NCBI RefSeq assembly: GCF_033153115.1 | Contig: NW_026889751.1 | Coordinates: 23,498,001 to 23,562,000 of the forward strand | Direction of reading: 5' to 3' | Source of the DNA: Saccostrea echinata | Taxonomy: Eukaryota | DNA: 64,000 nucleotides | Shown: positions 53,401-64,000 of the stretch, piece after piece | How the letters are laid out: every line of letters starts with the position of its first letter | Numbering within the stretch: position 1 is the stretch's first letter | The notes under the pieces: model-generated | What the model was told of the DNA's origin: nothing | The model's input: only the letters and a program-made list of their open reading frames with translations | The model's database searches: none | Made by a program: the position numbers and the translations under genes

Positions 53401-54216
53401 GGTTACTTAAGTATGCTTTGTAACCCAAGTGAATGGCGTTTAAAAAGGACATTCTATACAAATAAGAAAGACTTCGATAATTAGTTCAGAACCCTTATAC
53501 TGTACGTGTACAAAAATTGGCGTATTCAAAATTTAGCGCAATCACTGGGGTTGTTGACGCAATCATCGGTGTCCGCGCCAAAGCCTTCAAAATATGAAGC
53601 CCAGTTTTTTGAAGTACACATACAGTAGTTTGTCGCTTTGCATAACATCCCTTAGCTCGTTTGTAAGACAATTAGTGATTAAGACCTTGCAAATCAATCC
53701 TTGACCCCCCTTGCAAAAACTAAGTTTAGAACCGCTCATACATGCACAGGACAACTAAGAAATTTTGAACCCCATTGATGGCACACGTTCGCATTCTTCA
53801 GGGACCAGTAAACACCCATTATTTGTTACATAACGCCGTTTTAATGGAGTCGTTCTCTGATAAAGTTTGGTTTCGGGATAACTAGGAAGTAAGGTCACAC
53901 GAGATGCAATGCGGTTATGAAGGTATAACCCTGGATCTTTGCTCTTCCTGGATCTTTGCTGTTCCTCTTTCTTTTTTCTTCTTCTTTAGACTCATCTACG
54001 TTTGTTTCCTGAGTCTACTATTGTCATATTTATTTCAACCCATCTCGCAGAGTAGCTCAATAAATACACTGCATCGCTTCTTAACTTCACCGTATTCCGA
54101 AAGATATCGTGCAATTGAAATAGAGTAAAGATACAACAATTACTACTAATGCAGTATAATACATGTAGCAAACACAGCCTTGCTTTCTTTTGTCCTTTTC
54201 TGTCCATGCCTTGAGA

Positions 54217-54264
54217 ACAGGTGTTGATAATCCAACCATTCTCAGCCAGGTGTTGGTGCTATAA
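54217..54264 (+). promoter_or_regulatory. Conserved promoter block and TATA-like element of VWA paralog B
   Basis: Two CAGGTG E-boxes, TGATAA, and TATAA at 54260-54264, about 40 bp before the ATG. Confidence 0.6.
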
Positions 54265-54301
54265 GTACAAAGTTAGAACGACTAGACACAGACTGGAAAG
54301 C

Positions 54302-57300
54302 ATGTTAGGAATGAGACTAGCTTTATTGCTGGTGGCACTTACTGCCGGGGTGTGGACTCAGGTACCAACAGGTAAATTATCTTAAACCAAATTTGCCATT
54401 CCTCTCTTTTTATGACACCAGTGCTTGTATATGATTTCATTAGAATACTGTGATGGTTTTTCCATAGCTGGAGGATAAGTCTACATTTATAAGAATTTAT
54501 CAAAATGCGTTATTATATGTATATTGTATTGTAAAATCAAATTTCTTTTCATGGTATCAATATGTATAGTGTCAGTGGAATACAGTATATTGCTATCTCC
54601 CTAGCAGGAAGGAGATTAACAGGTGTACTTCTTTGAGTATAGTTTATGCTATGTAACTTTGTTACCCAGTCATTATAGTAAAGCATACAATTTGAACTTC
54701 TTTTAAGATATTCAAATGCAAAACTTTTTCCTCAAGATATTATACTAGAAGTTTTATCTTCCGGTGCTTCTTATCACGTTCAAGTCCTTGAATTGCATAA
54801 TTATACACTCAGAATAGTAGCATTTGGTCAAAGATAGTTCTAACGCGTGCATCCAAGGTCCTTAGAAACCGGAGGAACACAGGAGAGAGGGGGCCTTCCC
54901 TCTTATAATTTTGCTAATACTATATACATGTATTAGATGACAAATCTTATTAACAGTTGTCAACACCCCTCCTCTCCCCAATCAATAACGTTTGATGACC
55001 TGGTTTTTTTCTTGTCAAAGAATATCTGGTTAGGTTTGCTTGTCAAGGAATATATTGTCCCTCCCCTCCCCCAAATGAGATTGCTACAAAAGGATCTGCA
55101 TTCTATTAAGACAAAGTACTCACGGCGGTAGTGATCGGGAATGTTCACTCCTCCATGGTACCTGGTCCTGGTGTGTTCAGGAGTCTGTTTTTTGCTCTTC
55201 TCAATTTGAAATGTGTGATAGGATTTTTTAAGCTACAGTATATAACTGTTCTTTATCTTCACATATCATCCTAAAGAGTCACTTCAAGATTCTCGACAAT
55301 GAGATTCGCGAGAAAAATCCTAACTGTGCATTGGGAGCCTTATTTTTTCTCTTTCGAATTATTACATAGTTTCTGTTTTCTCTTGACAATCTGACACACT
55401 TCTCTGGCTTTCCAGATATCATAAGCCAATACCTTTCTAGATTTTGCGGAACTTTTTTTTGGCGGACACTGAGCTCCATGGGGTTGCAAAAGAGGAGTTT
55501 ATCTTCTATATGAGTCTTAAGTACGTTTTATATTTTGAATACCGATTTACACAAGAGTCTGAGTAAAACTAACACCAGGTGAGAAATCAAATGTTAAGCG
55601 ACGGATTAATCGAAGTTATCCTTCATGCGTTCAGTACTTATAAGCAATAATACAAATAATACAAATTTATCTATTGAAATTTTAGCGGGCTTCTACCAAA
55701 CCGCTAAAATGAGCCAAATTCAGCACCTTTATAAAAAATCCACTGTACTGTACATGCACTTTATTGTATCCAGTGCATATGTAAAAGTATTGTGATATTT
55801 GTTTTAAATATTCTGTATTCATTAAATATCAGTATGAATCACATATTTGGGCGGTTTTTGTAAATTTATGCAGAAAGGCGCCAAAATGTGAATTCCGTTT
55901 AAATACGTACTGTAAACCAACTATATTATTCCCAACTTTTAATCGCGAACTGTCAGTTAAAAATTTACCCCCAGCGACTAGTTTTGGCAACTAAGGAACT
56001 ATTCTTAAAGATACACTATGAAATAAATAGTTCGCAGCAAGTTAAAAACTATATAGCGAAATTCGCGGACATTTCTCGCACGCAAGAAAAGTTGGTTTAC
56101 CCTTTTTGTACATGTACAGTATTCCGACAAAATATCACCAATGGTAACAAGTTAACAAGGTTTGATAATCCTAGATCCTTCTGGATGGACAGTTTGTAAA
56201 GTAGTTGCATCTTTAAAACCATATCTGCAATAATTTGCGCTCTAGTTCTGTTCAGAAGTATATTACGAAGGTTGGTTCCTTACTGTTTCTTCAGGATGTA
56301 AATCAAAACTGGACATCGTGTTTCTACTGGACGCCTCCTACAGTGAAGGGCAGACTAACTTTAACAAACAACTAAAATTTGTCGAGAACTTTGTCAACCA
56401 ATTCAGTGTGGGACCCGATGCTACCCAGATCAGCGTAGTTACATTTGCCACAACAGTACACAACGCGTTTTCTTTGAATGCACATTCAACCAAATCAAGT
56501 GTGATCAGTGCTATTCAAAGCGTGCCATACAGACCGGGATCCACCTACACAGATAAGGCCCTCAGCTACGCGGAGACCACCTCATTCCTACCCCAAAATG
56601 GAGGAAGGGCTGACGCGGAAAAGATTGTAATCGTACTCACTGATGGCCAATCAACTAGTCATTCAAAAACACTGTATGTTATTTATGTAAATCTTGAACA
56701 TACTGACTACTTTTAATGACCGTTTTAGAAGTTTAAAACTTATAGTGGCAACTTTATTAAAATTTAAAGTAAATTATGGATTTTGTTTGATCTTTGACAT
56801 TAATAATGTAATTTAAGCCTTATGAACCTATGTATTACCTTTCTGACCGATAAATGAACTTATCGTATTGTTTATTACGTGTATAAGATACACTGAAGGC
56901 TTATCTTATATTCATCTGATTCCCATTTCATGTGTAATATGTACGGTTATCTCATTTTACCACAGCTCACCACTAACAGAACTGTCAGTGTTTAACTGAG
57001 AAATATAGGGTTTAAGTCTGTACTTCATGACGAAAGCATGTTAAATTGAAGACTGGCACTATATTTAATATACGTTTACCTACTCTCTCATAAGATAATG
57101 GTGAAATTGCAACTCTTGATTTGTTTGGCTTTAGACTCCAAGCCCAGAGTTTACACGGTTCAGGTGTAGAGGTCATTGCTGTTGGTATAGGTAATTCAGT
57201 ATCCAATTCCGAGTTGGAGTCGATTGCTAGTGATCAGGCACATGTATTCCAGGTGCAGGATTTTGATCTGCTCAACACAATCCAAAATCAGCTCACCAAT

Positions 57301-60300
57301 GCTGCATGCCAGCAGGCAGCATTGCGTAAGTTTCTCATCAGCATCATAGGTTGATATTATATATCTCTGTCATTTCATCGAGATTACGAGTTTGCAACTA
57401 TCATTGACACACATCATTAATTTTATTTCTCAGATTGTCAGTCAGCAGTGGCAGACATTGTATTTGCCATAGATTCTTCCTCCAGTATCTCAAGTACAGA
57501 CTTTTCAAAGCAGATGATATTCGTCAAAAACCTCGTAAGACAATACAACGTAGGATTAAACGAAACACAATTTAGTGTGGTGTCTTTCGACTCAAGGGTC
57601 CACCCAGAATTTAAACTGAATAAATACCAATCTAAAACCCAAGTCCTGGGCGCTGTGTCTAGCATCAGACATCACTATGGTTCAACACACACCGGTGATG
57701 CTTTGGAGTACATCGCCAACAACACCTTCACACCTGAAAACGGTGGAAGAGCAGGGGTGGAACGTTGGGTGATTGTTCTAACAGATGGATCATCTACTTC
57801 GCCAACTGCAACAGCAGCTGCTGCAGACAAGCTGCACAAAATGGGAATAGAGGTCATTTCAATTGGTGTAGGAAGCGGAGCTAACAAGGCAGAGCTAGAA
57901 GCGATTGCTACAGATCCGCAACATGTTTTCAAAGTAGACAACTTCGATGATCTTCACTCAGTAATGTCAAACATAGAATCAAGCACTTGTGGTTTTAATG
58001 GTAAGCGAAGATATTATAAATGCTTTCCGTTTATCATATAAAAAAGATAGAAAAGTCATCGCATACTAAATATTACACATTCAAAGCAAGAGTGCTCTTT
58101 TTGTTGGTAGTTTGTGAAGGAAACAAGGCCGACATCGTATTTTTGTTGGACTCCTCGGCCAGTGAGGGAGCTGCCAATTTCCAGCATCAACTGGAATTTG
58201 TTCAAAACTTCACAGATAAGTTTGACATCGGACCTGACGCTGTTCAGATCGGTTTGGCTTCATTCTCTACCAAGCCACATGGTCATTTCTGGCTTGATAC
58301 GTACCAAAATAAAACAGACCTTATCAATGCGACTGCGTACGTCCCATACATCCCCGGAAGCACGTACACCGATCTTGGTCTGAAGTTTGCCCTGGTAAGA
58401 AAGGATGGATCTTTTAACTTTGCTAGAATTATGTATACAGAGCAAATATTAAAAATTGATATTAAGTTTATTGCAGAATGAAAGTTTCAGTTCTGCAAAT
58501 GGCGCTCGAGATGGAAGTGTGCCCAAGATATTGGTGGTGTTGACTGACGGACAGTCTACGGATCCAATGGCGACAGCTTTGATGGCTGACCGTCTGCATA
58601 GAGACGGCATCAAGGTCATTACCATAGGAATCGGTCAGGGTGTGCGTAGTTCTGAGCTGACTGTAATTGCTACCGACAAAAATCACGTGTTTACTGCTAC
58701 TGACTTCAAATCCCTTGCTTCTTTACAAAAGGAATTGACTATGGAAACCTGCAGAAGTAAGAAATATTGTTTTAATATCCCATGTCTCCGATTTTTTGAG
58801 AAACTTGGAACTTGATGTCCCTTCCTTTTTGTTACAGATGAAAAGCCAAATACCGGTAAGTACCAAATTTACCACATCACAGGATTTATGCAAAAGCAAC
58901 ACAAATTACAAATGAGAAGATCAACACATCCTAAATTAAGTGATAAAGACTGTTGCGACGTTTTTGTCATCATGGACCGGCAAGAGTCGGCCAGTTATAT
59001 GCTTTTTTGTTAAAACTAGCATCAGTGGATTTATGTAGATTGGTCTTATTATTATAAAGTAAAATATGTTTAAGTACTCTTGAAAATATTTATTATGCAT
59101 AAGGAAAACATGTTTACGATTCTAAAATTTAGTGCAATTGCTTTACTTTGTTGACCTTTTAATTATAACCGAAGTTTATTATTCTTACATTAAATTTATT
59201 AGATTTTTATTGTTACCAGAATGTGGTGAGAAGGAAGCAGACATTGTTTTCATTCTGGATGCTTCAAGTAGTGAAGGTGCCGACAATTTCAAGAAAGAGT
59301 TGAACTTCACCGCCGATTTCATGAAGGGGTTCCAAATTGGAAAACAACACGTTCAGTTTGGCCTGGTTACATATTCAAGTTACGCAAGAAACCAGTTTTA
59401 TTTTAACACGTACCATGATCTGCAGTCAATTTTACACAAACTGGATACCATTTCGTACACTGGTGGAACAACACACACAGATTCTGGTCTTTCCAGTGCT
59501 AAATTTCAATTTTACTCGCATCATGGAGGTAGACCTAACGCTCAGAAAATCGCCATTGTCTTAACGGATGGAATGTCCTATTCTACTTCAAGAACAATTG
59601 CAAAGGCCAACGAACTGAAAAATATGGGTGTTAAAGTGATTTCTGTTGGTATTGGTAAAAGTGTCAGTCAGACAGAATTGAATGGTATTGCCACGGACTT
59701 GCAGCATGTGTTCACTGTAGGTGATTTTGACGCTCTCAAGTCAATACAATATGAAATCAAAACTGCCGCATGTGCCAGTAAGTTATACTTACTGTTCCTT
59801 TTATGAATGATTTGTCATGTTTATTTAAAATAAGTTTATGGATAATCGATATTTACGTTTCTTTTTTATAGTTCCTAACCCTCCTGTTATAGACCCAGGT
59901 AAGAAAAATGGAGAATTTATAATACTCAGTTATCAGTTAACTTCAGATTTCCATGTTTGTCCGCCTTTTCAACTTCTTTTAAAATCACATTAACTTCAAT
60001 GGAAAATAAAACGAATGCTTAAGTAGAAACTCTCTTATTGCAAAGTAATAGTCACCACAAAGTTGAAAGCAGAATAAACAACTACTACATGTATTTTAAA
60101 ATTTTGCAAAATTTTAAATTTTCAAAAATTTACTCATTGTTGTTTCACGATAACATCAGTCATTAAATGTTAAACCCGAGAAACTTGGGGAGACATCAAC
60201 GAATCAATAATATGCAGATTGAAATACTTTAGAAGAGAAATCGAATTAAAAGGAAAATCCCACTTTTTGTTTTCATGGCAATATTTTTTTTTCTTCAGAA

Positions 60301-63300
60301 ATCAGTTTGACTTGACGCATGTAAGAAACAATTAGGATTAATCTTTTAATGTTTCAAAAGAATTGGCTGGACTTGATGCAGTTACTAAAAAAAATGTGAT
60401 TTGAATTTTTCATAATTTTTCTGTATCCATGATAAACTTTTAAATGTTGTATGAACAACTAGGACTTGGTGATAATAAAACTATGAAGTTTCATTAAGAA
60501 TGTTTAAACCATTTGCGAAAATCGCGGACAAAATTATAGGTTGAAGAATTGCAAAACATGTATAGCCCCTGACTTCGTTCGGGTGACAGAATTTTTTGTC
60601 TCCAGACTTTTTTTCGTAAAAAAGCAAGGCATAATTCTATAGTGCATCATGCAGGTATTTTGAAAAAATTAACAATGGGAATATTCCGATTTGTTTCAGA
60701 ATGTGGAAGTGGGTTGTCCGACATCGTTTTCCTATTGGACTCCTCGGGTAGCGAGAGAAGAATAAACTTCAATAAGATGCTGACCTTTGTCCAGAACTTC
60801 ACAAAGCAATTTGACATTGGTCCACAGAATGTACAAGTGGGCGTGGCTACATTTTCTACCAGTGTTCATGAGAGAATTAAACTTAATCAGTACAGGTAAA
60901 TACTAAATACTTAAAATCTCTTATCAAATTTACAGGAAAAGACCCATAGAAAATTTCTTCGTAAGAATGTATTTCATTGATGACGAATAAAAAAAAAGAT
61001 TAATTTGTATCCCATCAACAAAATTTCAAGTATGGCATATGTTTCGAAATCAATTCTTTAATTTTTATTATGCCCCCGGATCGAAAGGTCCCGGGGGTAT
61101 ATTGTTTTTGTCCTGTCTGTCTGTTTGTCTGTTTGTTTGTCTGTTTGTCTGTCTGTCTGTTGTCAACTTTAACCTTGCCCATAACTTTTGATTGGTTGGA
61201 GCTCTGACTTTCATATTTCACATGTGTATTCCTTGTGACAAGACCTTTCTTTGGGTACCATCATATTTGACCTTTTGACCTTGACCTTGGAGTTTGACCC
61301 ACTTTTGCAAAATTTTATGAGACTTTAACCTTGGCCATAACTTCTGAACAGTTGGAGCTTGGGGTTTCAAACTTCACATGTGTATTCTTTGTGACAAGGC
61401 CTTCTTTTGGATACCAACCACTTTGACCTTTTGACCTTGACCTTGGACTTTGACCTACTTTTGAAAAACTTTAACCTTGGCCATAACTTTTGAACAGTTG
61501 GAGCTTAGGGTTTGAAACTTCACATGTGTATTCCTTGTGACAAGACCTTCCTCTGGATATCAACCACTTTGACCCTTTTGACCTTGACCTAGGAGTTTAA
61601 CCTACTTTTGAAAAACTTTAACCTTGGCCATAACTTTTGAATGGTTGGAGCTAGGGCTTTCATACTTCACATATGTAATCCTTGTGACAAGACCTTCCTT
61701 TGAATACCAACGACTTTGACCTTTTGACCTTGACCTAGGAGTTTGACCTACTTTTGAAAAACTTTAACCTTGGCCATAACTTTTGAATGGTTGATGCTAG
61801 GGCTTTCATACTTCACATATGTAATCCTTGTGACAAGACCTTCCTTTGGATACCAACCACTTTGACCCTTTGACCTTGAACTAGGAGTTTGACCTACTTT
61901 TGAAAAACTTTAACCTTGGCCATAACTTTTGAATGGTTGGTGCTAGGGCTTTCATACTTCACATATGTAATCCTTGTGACGAGATCTTCCTTTGGATACC
62001 AACCACTTTGACCTTGACCTTGACGTTTGACTTTTATTTAAAAAACTTTAACCTTCACCATAACTTTTGAACAGTTGTTTCCAGGTCTTTCAAATTCCAC
62101 AGGTGTTTTCCTCGAGACAAGATCTTTCTTTTGGTATCAACATTTTTTATCTTTTGGCCTGGATTTTGACTTGCATTTGAGAAACTTTAACCTTCGACAT
62201 AAGCTGCCATACGGGGGCATAGTGTTTCACAAACACATCTTGTTCTTTTAGTACTTAACTGTTTAAGCCTTTCATCTCAAACTAAATATATGCACCTTTC
62301 AGTGACAAGACAGCTCTGTTGGCGGCGATTTCTGGTATTTATTACGACGCCGGAGCAACATACACGGATGAAGCATTACAGTATGCCAGAACACAGGCCT
62401 TCCTTCCGTCCCACGGTGGCAGAGCTAATGCTAGCAGGATAGTGGTTGTAATGACGGATGGACAGTCTATAAAGTAATGTTAATTTGATTATAACCATAA
62501 AGTTCAGCTTGGAGGGTTTACTTTTACGTCTTCACATGGTGAAATTGATAAATAAAACAAAAGCCTTAAAATGAATCAATCACATCTTTATATCTTACAG
62601 TGGCCCAATTTTCATGTGTTGCTTTAATTATATTTAAATTTTGCATATATTAAAAGTTATCGTGAAATAAATCCTTGGTCTGAGTGAACGCATTTACCGC
62701 TTGCATTTGCCGTTTGAAATTACTTAATTGCACTTGATGTGTACCTGCGTCTTCAAATGATTTTTTTCAATTTTGAAATGCAATACATGTACATGTATTA
62801 TATTACAAAGAGTTAAAGTTGCATATGTGACTATATAGCAGCACCATAATGAAGATTAGTATTTTGAATAAATTTCTTCTTCACATCATTTCAGTCACGC
62901 CAGAACTATACAAGAAGCCACATCTTTGAAATCCCAATCAAATATGAAGGTAATCTCCATCGGTATTGGATCCGGCGTCAACCAACAAGAATTGAATAGC
63001 ATTGCCAGTGACTCACAGCACGTCTTCTCTGTTGCTAACTTTGACGTCTTAAACAAACTTAACTCAGAACTTACGTTTACCTCCTGTCAAAGTCAGTTAT
63101 ATTTTTATCTTAAATACTGTATATCTCTTTTGTGATTGATAACAAAATCCGCTTTATACTCTTATATTCCTTTCTAGCGTGTGGATTTATCCAGACAGCT
63201 GACATCATCTTTGCACTGGATTCCTCCGGAAGTGAAGGACCAATCAACTTCCAGAAGCAACTGGACTTGGTGCAGTCGTTTGTGCGAGATCTCCCTGTCG

Positions 63301-63741
63301 GTCCCAACAACGTTCAATTCAGCGTTGTTTCATTTGGCTCTATGGTCCAAAATAACTTCTACCTGAACCAGTACTCACAGAAAAGACCCATTCTAGATGC
63401 CATTCAGAAGACAGATAATGTCGGGGGTTCAACTCAGACGGGGGAAGCGCTGAAGTATATCAGGGAACATAATATTCTCCCAGTGAATGGGGCGCGATCT
63501 AATTCTTCTCTCTTCGTCGTCGTTCTAACAGATGGTACATCTACAAACAGAAGCTCCACCTTGACGGAGGCTAATTTGCTGAAAGCTTCCGGGGCAACTG
63601 TCGTCGCTATCGGTATTGGTTCGAATGTGGACAGTTCAGAACTGAATGCTATTGCTTCCGATCCCAATCACGTTTTCACCACCAAGAATTTTGACGCACT
63701 TCAGACTATCAAAGAGGACGTTAAAAAAGCAGCGTGTGAAG
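54302..63741 (+). CDS. Secreted multi-VWA-domain protein, paralog B (at least 6 VWA; 3' end beyond the window)
   Basis: Exons 54302-54371, 56295-56673, 57135-57325, 57434-58000, 58111-58394, 58477-58756, 58838-58855, 59220-59777, 59872-59898, 60700-60895, 62303-62473, 62895-63091, 63178-63741. Same exon structure as paralog A. All six MIDAS motifs intact. Confidence 0.9.
61068..62244 (-). mobile_element. HINE/pearl-like element with ~146-bp tandem units in VWA-B intron 10
   Basis: Hairpin tatgcccccgg...ccgggggtata, (TGTC/TGTT)n microsatellite, about 7 units (ttgaaaaactttaaccttggcc), and end cgggggcatagtgtttcacaaacacatcttgtt. Confidence 0.85.
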
Positions 63742-64000
63742 GTAGGATGATTGGTTTATGTTTATTGGTATCAAATGACAGTTCTTTTATGCAGTCTGGA
63801 AAAGATTGGCACTCGAGAACTTTTCGAGTTCAAGTACAGAGTCCATATCTGATCCGTCTGACTCAGAATTATCATGCCCTTAATATCAGTGGATGTGTTT
63901 TGGTCAGTCTTTTATCAGTTTATCTTGTCCAAAAATTTCACTTTGGCCATATTTTCAAATAAAGCATTGGTAAGGCTGAAGTTAGGTAAAGGTCAATTTC

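Noticed and set aside
50913-63667. Antisense ORFs over VWA exons (e.g. 50913-51263, 57675-57941, 63434-63667)
   Set aside because: These are shadow ORFs of the coding strand with no independent signals.

Overview
AT-rich, intron-containing eukaryotic DNA. The repeat families suggest a bivalve, probably an oyster (inference). Six spliced genes were reconstructed by hand with consistent exon phases. (1-2) Two tandem GDA1/CD39 NTPDase (ecto-apyrase) paralogs on + at 9538-14511 and 23575-26105, each with a signal peptide and a GPI-signal-like tail. (3) A CIMIP1/C20orf85 gene on + at 27512-31644. (4) EIF1AD on - at 38483-31880, tail-to-tail with CIMIP1. (5-6) Two tandem secreted six-VWA-domain paralogs on + at 42746-51668 and from 54302 past the window end. 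The rest is largely non-autonomous transposons: a 5.7-kb Harbinger-like palindrome nested in an older inverted-repeat element, Helentron/HINE-type elements carrying 146-437-bp satellite arrays, nested hAT MITEs, and SINE and Penelope-like fragments. The most notable observations are the loss of MIDAS metal ligands in 5 of 6 domains of one VWA paralog while its neighbour keeps all six, the probable GPI-anchored NTPDases, and the architecture of the giant palindrome. No prokaryotic system, CRISPR array or RNA gene was found.
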